Shown piece by piece: positions 52,101-64,000 of a stretch of 64,000 bases of DNA; the stretch's first letter is position 1; each line of letters opens with the position of its first letter. Source of the DNA: Antedon mediterranea (Eukaryota > Animalia > Echinodermata); the NCBI RefSeq assembly GCF_964355755.1, contig NC_092677.1:26585175-26649174 (forward strand). Reading direction: 5' to 3'. A model generated the notes under the pieces. It was not told the DNA's origin. It was given only the letters and a program-made list of their open reading frames with translations, and searched no databases. Both the position numbers and the translations under genes were made by a program.

Positions 52101-55100
52101 CGTCGTTCCCTGGGCATGGGAAAAATGTAAGCCGACCAGCTCGCACAGCGGGCAACCATGAATACCTAATTTCTCATGCCGTTCTGGCAGTTTACGATTG
52201 GCTGATTTGGATCATGTGATACCAGTTTACCGCCATTTTGTTGTCGTTGTGCAAGGTCCTTGATAGAGCTGCATCAGTTGGTTAGTCTATCTATGAGTAG
52301 TCGTCACGGTAGCGGCTTGCTGTTGTTTCCAACCTAGATTGTGTAACTAAAAACCCTAGTCTGTTGAACACCTAACTTGAATCAAACCAACCAAGGAGTT
52401 ACTGTACCGTATTCCTCATTTTTTTCTGATGAGTTTACACTTTTAACAGTTCTGACAACATTTTGGAAGTTTTGATGAAATTGGAAAGATTGCATAATGG
52501 AAACCGGAACAAGATTCGTGGTGTATCAGATTAAAGTTTATTGTCAAAGAAATATGCAGTGTTCGTCGAAAATGGAATACAGTTCCGAAAAAAGATGTTT
52601 ATTCTCAAGAAAACAATCCATTATTTGAAGAATTGTGCATCAAAGAAAAAACATGGCAGAGGTAGTTGATACAGATGTCTTAAAAGATGATTGAGAAGAA
52701 AAATCATGGGTTTCATTTCCGTAACTGATTTTGTTGAAATTGTGAGTATTGTTATCGCAGACCCAGTATTAATTATTATGTTGCAAGAACTGCGCAACGA
52801 ATGTGGAAGAGAAAAAGGGTGTGTCTGACACCAGCGGGCGCTTTGCATTATCAACCATTGGCAGTAGACTTACCCAGATGGTAACAGCATGTCACAATTG
52901 CACATGACATGTTCCACAGCGGGATGCATCAGTCAGGGTGACTGCTGATTAGGTCGTCCGATTCAGATTTACTAAGCTAATAATGGCTTGCTGACCAATT
53001 GCCCCTAGCCCAATGGTCAATGGAGTTTGATGACGGTGTCTTGGTCTAAAGAAAACACAATTAATTTCGTTAATCCCTCAGGGCTTACTAATATTGATTT
53101 GATTTCTTAAATGTTGCTGTAAGCAAAGGATTCTTTTGCTGCTGGTGTTTTGTGATTAACTTTAGCCTCCTTGAAATAGTATTGTCATATTTCTTTCTTC
53201 TCCCAAATTGTTCCTCTTATTCTAGAATCTTCTATACCACAAAGTGCAAGTTTGATTTTAAATATCTCTATCTCTTTTATTGTCAAGATATTTTTTATCT
53301 GGTGCATAGATAAAATATTTTTAAAATAAAAAGACTAAATCAAATATTCTTTCTTTTTATGTAAAGAACAATAAGATATTGCAAGTATCCAATAATCATG
53401 TCTTTTATTCTGCTTGTTCCTAAAATGATGACTTGTTTTTTTCTCTTAAGGCAAATGGTTGCAAGATCTCTGTTGGACACTCTAAGATCAGTATGCGAGT
53501 ATTCAGATGAGAAAACAATGGTGTTAAACGCAATGGTGCGATTGTCTGAGGACATGGGTAAGTTCTAGTCTTGCATTTTTCTAATGATCATGGCCACAAA
53601 AAAAAAGTTTTTTCATAGTTTTTCACTGTAAAGATATCCTTCCTTTATTTTAAACCAGTTAACATTTTTCTTGAATTATTTTTATACTAAAAAAGCCAAA
53701 GGGACAAATCTTTTATCTTTATTCAAAATAAGTCCTTTTTCAAAATCTTTTTTATATTAGTACAGTAATAGTTCATTTCATTTATTTCATCAATTTTAAA
53801 ACTTGATAAAACAATACAAACAAAGCCCATGACAGTGACAGGATTAAACAGTAAGCAAGCTTAATTGCTACTAAGTTGAACCAAAATATTTTTAATTTAA
53901 TCTTTGAGCCTAGAATCAGTTTCTTTCCTGTTTGTTTTTTTTTTATCCAAAGCCCCAAAACACTTGGGGTATTAAGTTTTAAACTTACTCATTTTTTTTC
54001 CCCAGAACCGTCGGTGCGTGCTGAAGTGATGGAACAGATCCCGCACATTGCCATGCTGTGTCATGAGTACCATCATCATTTTCCAGGTACTGTTCCAGAC
54101 TACGTTCTACCAACTGTCGTACGCTATCTGACAGACACTAACCATCAGGTGAGATTTACTGCACTTTATTCAGTTTTTTATTCTTGACATTAAAGAATAA
54201 AGAAGGCGGTATTTTTTACTTAATAAAAGTATATTATTATTTTTGAAGGTTTGAAAGTAGAAATCAATATAAAAGTTTGCGGTACAACAACTATATTGAT
54301 ATTAGATTTTATAGAGGTTTTGTGCATTTGTTTGTTGTACAATTTGTTCAATTGCACACATCCGTACACATGGGGTATAAGTATGACCTTGTGTGTGTTT
54401 CTTAAGCTCTGTCTACACTATTTGGGCACATCACATATTTTTGATAGTGTAGACAGAGCTTTAGTAATAAATAAAATAAAGCAGCTGAAGTGAAATGTTT
54501 TTCCTGCAATAAATTTTGAAATATATGGCGATTTTATCACTGCTATTTATCATGTAATCCATTGTTAGTACCCTTAATGTATATAAGTGTCTTCTTTTTC
54601 ATAGGTGCGTAAAACAAGTCAAGCGGCACTGTTAGTACTCCTAGAGCAAGAGTTAGTGGAGACTTGCGATGTTGAGATGCAAGTCTGTCCTGTCATCGTT
54701 CAGTTGTCAAACAAAGAAAGTGCAGATGACTACCGAACAGAAGCTGTAGCAGTAAGTATTGTACTTAAATGCAGTGGTGATGCTTTGGTACTCCACCATG
54801 ACCTTTGACCAATAATCATTAAAGCAAAAACCGGTTTTCATATGATCCTCTCTTTCTCTCTGTGAATAGATTGTATTTGTAGGTCTGCAAATAAATTACC
54901 TTTGACCATTTTACTCATTGTAGCAAATCCAGTTCATATGACCCTCTCTCTATGTGAGTAGATTGTATTCGTAGGTCTATAGATAAAAATTATGAATGAC
55001 CTTTGACCAGAAGTCATTGAAGAATGTAATTATTCTCACCTTGTGACCTTCAGAGCTGATAATTATATAACTATTAATATTGACTATGAGGTAATCTAAA

Positions 55101-58100
55101 AAATATGTTGACCTTTGAGGCTGTTGAAGGAGTAGAGTATTGACCTTGAAGATGACCTGTAAGATGTGTCGACCTTTGTCATCAACATTGAGGTAATCTG
55201 TAAGATGTGAAAGACATGGGTAGTGAGATTGTATTTTGGATCATCTCGCTACCTTGTCTCTCCACATGTTGTAGATTAGAGTACAACAAGGGATTACTGC
55301 AGTACAACAAGGAGTTACTGCAGTACAACAAGGAATTACTGCAGTACAATAAGGAGTTACTGCAGTACAACAAGGAGTTACTTCAGTACTAAATACTGTA
55401 TCATTTTTTACAGCAGGTTGTAGACATACCTATTCTAAAGCTCTCTCTACAATATCAAACTAGTCTGACAAAAAAAGTGTGATGTGCCCAAATATGGTAG
55501 TGATGATATGGCCAAATATGGTAGTGATATGACAACATGTCCATATATGGACAGAGCTTCACTTATGTTTAAAATATAGAAAATGTGTTAATAATTAATT
55601 TGATTTTTAAATGAAACAATTTAACTTGTTAATTTTGTAGCTGATGAGCAAGATGGCACCTCTAGTTGGAAGGGGAATCACAGAGCGTTTGTTTTTACCC
55701 CAGTTCAGTGAACTGTGTAAGGATCCACTCTTTCATATACGAAAAGTGTGTGCTGCTAACTTTGGCGACATCTGTGGAGTTGTTGGAATTGAGGCTACAG
55801 AAATTACTTTAGTAAGTTTTTAAAAAATAATAGGTTTTTTTTCAATTATTTAAAGATGTATTGTCCCACAAAACCATGAAAAATTAAGATAAATAAAATC
55901 AAACTTTAAATAGGCCATTTTGCAGTTTTAATAAAGTTAGTCACTTTTGTTAAAAAAAATTGAAAACAAAATGTTTTCACTTAAAAAATGACAAAAGAAA
56001 TTTAATTTTCAAAAGTTAATTTTAACCAAAAACCATTGTCTGACAGAAAATGTTGGTATTTTTTGTTTGCTTTCAATTAAATTTTTTTTCAAGAAAATAT
56101 TTTAATAATATAAGTACTTATATTATTATACGAATCGAAACCAGAAGAAATGTTTTCATTATTAAGAAAATATTTTGTTATGCAGTTTTTGGTCAAAGTG
56201 AATAACTATTGTGACATTAAAATGGCATATTCAACAACAAAAATATACAAAAAATTATTTTTTAGGGGGACAATATATCTTTAAAGAAATAATTATATTA
56301 ATTTTTCTGAAATCTGCAATTAAAATGAATTACTAATTGATTGTTCTTCCTCATCTAAATTTTCGGTTTGAGACACTTGAGACATTAATTTAATGATTGT
56401 CTATATTACATCATGATTAAGTTGTAACTTAATATCTGTTATTTATTTGGCAATTGTCATTCATTATATAAATTGATTTGACATTGATGAGGTTATATCC
56501 CACGGTAATAAGCAAATAACATTGTGCAATGTGTTTGATAATGCTCACTGGAGAATAAAATAATGGCGCGTCTGCTCAACGCAGTAGTCTTGATGATTGT
56601 GTAATTACAAGAGCGGCCCAGTGTTGACGTAGAAAAATGAAATGTATGCAACAAATCTCCTGCGGTTTGCGCTTCAGTAGACATTCCCTGATTAGCATAC
56701 GACATTGAAAAATTCATGATGGTTTGTTTATTTCATATAAGAGATAACATAAGTAAATGGTAAATTCAAATACTATATCTTCAGGTATAATTCCAGTTCA
56801 GGTCTAATCCCACCCCCTACTTTATGTCTGATTTCACAAACAGGCATATCCCCGGATATAGTCCCAGTATTGACTTTTGATCTTGATGTAAGCCTCTCTA
56901 GCCAGTTCAGATGAGAAATGCTTACCAATCATTTTTTTTCTGAATCAATCTTTCCCCAGAGTCGGCCCAATTTCGTGTCTAGGCGGGTGGGATTATACCA
57001 GAGGATATACAGTACTGTATAAACATGGCTATTAGTGCCATTATACTTTTAAACAGGTTGGGAGAGGTTTTTTTCACAATTTGTTAACAAGGTGTGAGTT
57101 AGTGTCTATCACAGTATTGTGTATTTATTCAGCATAATAGAAACTTTATTATTTGATGTGCTGTTTCTTCCAGTTACCTCGATTTGAAGAGCTCTGCGAG
57201 GACGGCGTATGGGGTGTGCGTAAAGCGTGTGCAGAGTGCTTCATGGGCGTGTCATATTCCGTCTCACAAGAAACACGTAGAAATCAACTTTCACCTCTAT
57301 TTGTTAAACTTCTAACAGACCAATCAAGATGGGTAAGTTCATACTAAAATATGTGCCAATCCAAACAACACTTAAAATTTAGTTAGATAATAAAAAAACT
57401 TATTTACGTGTTATTTAAATTTAATGATATTGTCATTGTTGAAATTTAATTTAAAAAAAACATTTTTAGCTATTAAAACATATCTTTGTAGAAAATTGTG
57501 TTCATTACAATCATTATATTTTGCAGGTTCGCATGGCTGCTTTTCAAACTTTAGGACCATTTATTTCAACTTTTGCTGATCCTCTCGTGTCTGGTTTTGC
57601 CATCACCGAGGACGGTGTACTTTCAGTTGTCAATTGCTCCGTACACGATCAACCAGCGACAGAAACATACGAACTGGACAATCTACCAGAAAATACTTCC
57701 AATTTAGATATTAATGAAAGGACTTCTGATGAGTCTCGTTCTCAGAACTCATCTTCCGATGAATCTTGTTCTCAGAATTCATCTTCTGATGAAGATTCTA
57801 GGACGGAAAATTGTAACGGTGTTAACAGTACTATGATATTTTTAAACAAGAACTTTTCCGATGAAAATGCAGTTGGAGATGAGAGAAGTGATGGAAGAGT
57901 AAAAGATGGTAGAGAAAATGCGGAGAAAGAGGAGATTGTGACGCATAGAGGAATGGGACATGTAGAATTTAACGTAGACACATGTAAAGATGCTGGTACA
58001 TCTAACACGGAGTATGAATCCTTTTTATACTGGAGACAGCCTCTTCCACCGGTTGGCAATATCGAAGAAGACATCATTGGTGTTTCTGAAGAATTTACGA

Positions 58101-61100
58101 AAGATGAGAAAACAGAAAGTTCCAAAATAGAGGTCAGGTTACAAGACTGCGAGGAAGGTGTGAGCCAAGTTGAAACGCATTATGATTTAGAAGATCCCGG
58201 TTTGATGCTCGATGATGAAGAAAACTCTGACGCAAGAATCCACAAAGCATCTGTAAACGAAGTGAATGAAATCACTGATACCGTGTCAAATATTGCAAGT
58301 ACGCGGTTTATTGGACAGCGATTGGACGAGAAAACGATGTCGATTGTTAACGGTGTGTTGGAACAGGATGATGACATGAAAGATTGGACAGAAGCAGAGG
58401 TCAAGCCAAGGTTAAATATTGGTGCTCCACAACTTAGTAGGACACAGGTAAATAAAAAATAAAATTAGCAAAACAATAGTTGTTCAATTCATATTTATAC
58501 CTTCTCTGGACCTGTAGACATTCAAAAGTACAGATACAGTTTTAACAAAGTATTTAATGTGGTGTGCCCATAATATGGACATGATGATGTCATTTCACTA
58601 CCATATTTATTTGGGCATATCACGACCATATTTGGGCACTTCCCTTTTTCTGTTAAACTAGTGTAGACAGAACTTAAGTGTAACATCGACTGAACAAATA
58701 AATGCAGAGAAAAAAACGGTTCTATACTCACCACATCCACAATTCTGAACATGTTCACAAGACAGCAAGATAACTAGATACTCTATATATATATTATATA
58801 TTTACCCATGTTCTATTGTTGTCTATAGTTGATGTTTCATTCTCCCTTTGTGATTATTCCTACAGAAAGTAATACCCTGCGAACTACTAGAGCAATATCT
58901 CAACATGATTGAGCCTAGCAAATCACAGACTGTAGACACTGAAATAGCCAAGCATTGCGCATTCAGTTTACCAGGCGTGTCGCTAACCCTAGGCCGGAGG
59001 AACTGGAAATGTCTAAAGGAGGTCTATGATACTCTAGCCTGTGATATGCAGGTAAGGTAGTGTACTATAAGTAGTCTGTATGAGATCATGACTTTAAAAT
59101 AGGAAGGTGGCTAAAAGATTATCCAAGCCTAGAGTAGAATGTGTTTCTGAATTTTGAAGTTAAAACCATGAAAATAAGTCATACCAACAACAATTGCCCA
59201 AGGATGCACTATTTATACTACAAATGCTCCAACCTCTATCTTAATTTATCTGAGCACAGCCATTTTGTTTTAAAATTATTACTCTCTAATATTTATATTG
59301 AGGGCGGCATAATGATCAATAGATATGTAAAGGATGTCAATAGCACATTTTAACAAAAAAAATGTCATACATTTGATCAAAAACAAGTTTTTATTTTATT
59401 GATGGCTTATTTCTCTATTTTTCTTCTTGTAGTGGAAAGTACGCCGTACATTGGCATTCTCCATCCACCAGATGGCAGTGATCTTGGGAGATGAGATCAC
59501 CACTACCGACTTGGTTCCAGTCTTCAACAGTTTCCTCAGAGACCTCGATGAAGTTAGAATTGGAGTTCTCAAACATTTTGCAGATTTTATTAAAGTGAGT
59601 TTTTAAACCAATTCTCAGATTGAATTTTCCATTATAATCATTACTGTTGGATATGTGCTTTTAGTAGTACAGTAGAACTTGTGTTTTACGCACCCTAATT
59701 TTATGTTCCCTGGATTTTACGTACGCTTAAAATAACCGATGATGTCATCATTTCTTACATTGGGGGCGCAATTTAACAACAACAAACAAAGCCATGGCTG
59801 TATAAGGAATTCTGCTGTGTGAGACAAGCTACACACGTGCATTCCCCCTGCAGCAGTGAGTGTTTTTATTGATAGAAGATACAAGAACATTGATATTAAA
59901 CGCACAGGCTGTATATACTGTACTTTTCTAGTTAGGCCTCACATCTTGCTAGCCTGGCCTTAATAGTCTGGGCAAGGCCTAGCTAGTGACCACCTGCATG
60001 CTGTACAGTAAAGTAGGGCTAGGCAAACACGGTAGCCTTTATAGCTACGATCTCTACGTATTTGGGGCCAATTTAAGATTTTGCGAATCTCTTGTTTTAC
60101 GTACGCCTTTCGGTTCCGTACCGTACGTAAAATAAAGGCTCTACTGTAGTGACACTGTGGTCTGATGGTAAACCTTCTAATCCTAGTGTCTAAGGTTCTA
60201 GTCTTTGCTATAGTCACTACTTGTTAGTGTTTTGGTGTGATGTGCTAGTCTTCGGGTTTTCTCGTGATGATGAAATCACCCTGTAAGTGGCATTAACTCA
60301 ACATAAATGGTAAATTTTATAATTTGGTTTCAGCTTCTCAAACCAGATCTAAGACGTCAGTATCTGATTCGGATGAATGACTTTCTAACAACAGACAACC
60401 AAAGAAATTGGCGCTTCAGGCAAGAACTAGCAGAGTAAGTCTTATCTTGAAATTATCATGTTGCCGTACTGTAGTCCCACTAAAACTCTGTCTACACTAT
60501 CAAACTAGTTTGACAAAAAAAGTGTGATGTACACAAATATGATAGTGATATGACATCATCATCTTAGGCTAGAAGAAACCCTCATAATTACACAATTTTC
60601 CTATCCAATTGAATAAAACTCTTTAAAATAAAGTGAAATATTTAATATTTAAGAGAAATATCTCACTTAAGTGCAATTGGTGAATACATAAACTTAATAC
60701 TATTCCTCAAATGAAGTGTTATTCCTTTTTTTTAATTCTTCACTTTCTTTTTCAGACAACTAATTTTCATGTGTGGCCTGTACAGTGCTAAGGATGTGTG
60801 TAAATACCTCTTCCCAATTGCGTTGACACTAGCTGGTGATAGAGTAGCAGATGTCAGGTTTCTTGCTTATAAATTGGTGAGTTTTACTTATATTTTGTGA
60901 GCCTACAGTTTCCTTACACAAGGAATACTTCATGTATATGATTTTGATAGGCGATAGACCTAACCTAAGACCTATATTGTATATTTCTATATCTAGAATA
61001 TGCTAAAGCTGACTTAAAAAAATCACTTACAAATATACCATGTACACAATGAATTAAAAGACTAGTTCCTAGAGTAACTCATTGAAAATCAAAATCTTAT

Positions 61101-62219
61101 ATTTTCTTCTTTTTTTTTTTGAGCTTTCGTTGCATTTAAGTGAAATTTATCTTTATTTTTTCTTTAGCTTGGTGTTGTTTTAAAACGACTAAATTCGACT
61201 GACAACCCAGCTCTTTTAAAAACGTTTGTTGATGACATTGTTACAAAGTATGCTCAGAATGGCAGGTGGTTTGGAAGACAAACGTAAGTTAGCAGTGCAT
61301 CACTGCAGTAACTTACCACTAATGCAGTAATTGTAAATATTCATCTTAGTTAAATGAATAAACATTAATAGGAATTAAGTAAGTAAGAATGATGTATCCT
61401 TGTTTACTATACCTTAAATATTTATTTTCTTAAATATTCCTACTTGCAGGTTTGCCCATTTATGCCATAGTCTGTTAGAGCAACAATCACTGGAACCAGA
61501 ACTGTTCTTGGAGCACTTCATGCCAAGTCTGCTCACACTCAAAGAGGACCCAATTCCTAACGTCCGAATCGCTCTTGCACGACTACTGACGCAGGAAGTT
61601 GTTGCTTCAGGTAATGATCTTTATTATACAATTGGTTATTAACCAACCGTTTGTTCCACAAAATGCAACAATTTCGTTCTTTTGTTTAATTGGGAACACA
61701 CCTTAATAATCAAATTTTTTTTATCTTGTTCTCTGAGATTTAAATTTTTTTATTTTTTTTTCCAGGATATTTTAGTGAAGCAGGTAAAGATAAACAGCAA
61801 ATTGTAGAAGATACGCTGGATTCGTTGAGATCAGACAAAGACAGAGACGTACGATTCTATGCGAGTCTTATACCTATAGACTTATCACATGACCAATACG
61901 TAAGTATACTCAACTTGTCCACCCTAGGCCTGGCATAACATACCTAGTTTTCCAGAAATTCTGGAACAGATTTAGGACAGTATGAACCTTAAAGCTCTCT
62001 CTACACACTATATCACTACCATATTTGGGCACATCACACTCTTTTTGTCAAACTAGTTTGATAGTGTAGACAGAGCTTAAGAAAAGTCTGCTTTTGGAAG
62101 AGTTTCTGTTTATTAAATAGAATTCGGTATTAGGAGAGTTAACTGTACCAAATATTTCTATACAACATTTTATTAATGTAATTATTTTTTAATTCAAATA
62201 GGATGACCAATTGGAATAA
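37146..62219 (+). CDS. PPP4R1: Serine/threonine-protein phosphatase 4 regulatory subunit 1 (HEAT repeats)
   Basis: Exons 37146-37152 (ATGGCGG|GTAAGT), possible microexon 43242-43256, then 48510-48633, 53451-53557, 54006-54148, 54605-54751, 55641-55811, 57174-57332, 57527-58447, 58866-59051, 59433-59594, 60334-60434, 60756-60876, 61168-61283, 61450-61610, 61766-61899 and 62202-62219 (TAA). Motifs SENIFNRQMVARSLLDTLR, QVRKTSQAALL, RKVCAANFGDIC, VWGVRKACAECF, AAFQTLGPFISTFA and EIAKHCAFSLPGV match PPP4R1. The 5' exon structure is less certain. Confidence 0.95.
41363..42082 (-). mobile_element. Probable Harbinger deletion derivative
   Basis: Imperfect TIR-like ends GGGGCCTGTTCGTA and GTACGAACACGACCT. 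A GC-rich interior encodes a broken peptide (hydrophobic-acidic-Arg-rich, 41844-41550) reminiscent of Harbinger transposase N-termini. Confidence 0.4.
46817..46986 (-). mobile_element. hAT-like MITE, second copy, flanked by a 5-bp AGAAT duplication
   Basis: Reverse complement of the 1419-1568 core (GCAAAAGATAGGACATCAAATTAAGCTCAGCCCTTCATTT); AGAAT on both sides. Confidence 0.75.
48200..48260. repeat. 20-bp tandem repeat CTGTCTGTATCATCATATAC, about 3 copies
   Basis: Direct reading. Confidence 0.8.
48789..50859. mobile_element. Non-autonomous Tc1/mariner-type element (2,071 bp) nested inside a Harbinger MITE
   Basis: 24-bp TIR CAGTACCAGCGAGAATTACTGCCC / GGGCAGTAATTCTCGCTGGTACTG with a TA duplication. 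It splits the MITE unit GGGCATA|TCACTACC. Subterminal GGACGCG/CGCGTCC repeats, and an internal tandem duplication of about 210 bp (about 49170-49597). No transposase ORF. Confidence 0.88.
49799..49889. repeat. Perfect palindrome with 45-bp arms and a 1-nt spacer
   Basis: TTTTGTACCAATTTTGGGGTCTAAGCATAGAGATATTATAGTGAA-C-reverse complement. Confidence 0.95.
55280..55389. repeat. 21-bp tandem repeat CAGTACAACAAGGAGTTACTG, about 5 copies
   Basis: Direct reading. Confidence 0.9.
55854..56280. mobile_element. Kolobok-like non-autonomous element, longer copy
   Basis: TTAA|AGATGTATTGTCCC...GGGACAATATATCT|TTAA; shares internal blocks (AAAGTGAATAACTATT..GTGACATTAAAA) with 9528-9824. Confidence 0.78.
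59670..60146. mobile_element. pogo/Tigger-like non-autonomous element
   Basis: TA|CAGTAGAAC..TTTTACGCAC ... GTACGTAAAATAAAGGCTCTACTG|TA, with internal TTTTACGTACGC repeats. Confidence 0.7.
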
Positions 62220-64000
62220 TTTGAATAAGCAGAAGTTGACAAAACAGAGCTAACATTACCAGCAGAAATCCCCACCATAAGTAACTTTTAATGTTTTTAA
62301 ATGCAGTAATTATTTTGAATAGATCACATCAACTTATGTTCAACAGATTATTTATATCACTTGCACTGTATATGTTTAAAACTTATTAATTAATTTGGTT
62401 CACATGTAAAATTTGCAGATATGTAACATCTTTTAATAAAACCCCCAATTGTGTATAATATAAAATTAATAGCTCTTTATATTCATAAGACCCATTAAAA
62501 CATTTTTAATCTTTTTTTTTTTTTTTTTTATTATCTGATATACATATGTATGTTTGTATATACTAAAATTACAAAACAAAAAATATAAACAAAATATTGT
62601 AACAATGGTTTAATCAAGCTATTACATTTCACACAATATATATATATATAAAAAGGGCTTCATAATTTTACAAAATAGCATTATATAATTAATTAATTCT
62701 TATTCATTATTGGTAGTATTTATATTATCAAATAAATCTATCATTTCATAATCTGCAGAATGAACATTAAAAGTCAGTATTTTTCTGGTTGTATATCTAT
62801 AAAATTGTCTTATATTCCAAAGAACTTTGATATTAAGCAATACACGTAATATTATACTGTTAATTTTTGTAGCATTTTAAATTTTCTCTTTGTGATTATG
62901 TAACCTGTCTGATTTTATGTTGTTCTGAATATTAAAATTAATTAATTTAACAGTAAAATATTTTGTGGTTTTTATAATAATTTTTTGTTATGCATGGTTG
63001 AAGAACCAATATTATACACCTTTTGTTTCACCTATATGTTTAATAATAAAGATATTTGTGAGTAAATGTTGAAATGACAAGCATTGGTGAATATTTTGAA
63101 AAGGTGAGATAGGTAATTGAAACGTCCAGGTGCTGAACTAGACCACTGACCAACGCATTTAAGTTAATTGTGGTGCTAGAGGAGATGGTCAATTTGTCTT
63201 TCAGTTATTTTCCCAAGATTGTTTATTTCCTCTTTATATCCGCTAGATAAACTCCTACATTACTGTGTAATGATGATTTTATCAAAACATTTTGTATATA
63301 TTGTAAAACTGAAAAACAAAAACTAAAAGTATTTTCCAGGAAGGAGCTATGAATAGTGAGTACTGTCTTTGATAATAAATGTTTGTTGAGTGGCACCTGT
63401 AATAGGAAATGGGGAGTGTAGAAGTCTTTGTTTAATGTACTATATTAAAAAGGTTAACATATGGGAAACATCCCCGATACATGTACTACAAACCTCGTGA
63501 CCATATGTGGAAACATGTGCTTGCTTAATTAATATCTGCTCTAGATAAAACAAACTGTATATATATATTGTAAAGAAAATAATGGCTTAAATATGTTTCT
63601 AAATTAGTGAAAACAAACTGAAATTGTTGACAATAAATGAATTGGTGTGAAAGAAATCCTGAATGTACTAGTATAATCTTTCATCAGTTAAGTATGCACA
63701 AAAAAGTTCCCAAAGAACAACATACTCGGCAAATATTATTATAAATGTGTTTCTTTGTTCTTATGACAAAATATATTTTTGTGTCGATTTACAGTAATAA
63801 GTTTTGTTGGGTGTTGTTGATGAAAATTGTATTGAAATACTATTTTGTGCCACACTATATGTAATTACACTTTTATAGTTAAGTTTAAATACGTTTCATA
63901 CTATGTAAGAAAAGTTCCATAAAATGGTATAGCATGTAAAGAACCATGGAAAAATAATATTTCTCCATGAAAGAACTAATAACAATTCTGTACTGTACTT

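Noticed and set aside
54780-55210. Nuclear-receptor response element cluster (TGACCTTTGACC)
   Set aside because: It looks like a decayed tandem or TE-internal repeat; there is no independent evidence of regulatory function.

Overview
AT-rich, intron-containing animal genomic DNA, not prokaryotic. It is most plausibly an invertebrate deuterostome such as an echinoderm; this is an inference from a Deu-like SINE domain and vertebrate-like genes. Six spliced genes were reconstructed by hand from GT-AG sites and reading-frame phase: the 3' part of a PMFBP1-like coiled-coil gene (+), CFAP90/C5orf49 (+), a roughly 2,200-aa acidic zinc-finger gene (-), FBXO31 (+), a small gene with a degenerate CAP-Gly domain (-), and a complete PPP4R1 (+). 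The zinc-finger/FBXO31 and CAP-Gly/PPP4R1 pairs are head-to-head. Introns carry many non-autonomous elements: about 17 copies of one Harbinger-type MITE, a 2.5-kb Helitron, a 2.07-kb Tc1-like element nested in a MITE, Kolobok-, hAT- and pogo-like MITEs, SINEs, and two 23-bp minisatellites. The most notable signal is three different short insertions carrying minimal hammerhead-ribozyme motifs of the Penelope/retrozyme type. One has a compensatory U3-A8 core and sits in a perfect 106-bp-arm inverted repeat in the probable 3'UTR of the zinc-finger gene. All calls come from reading the sequence; no database searches were run.
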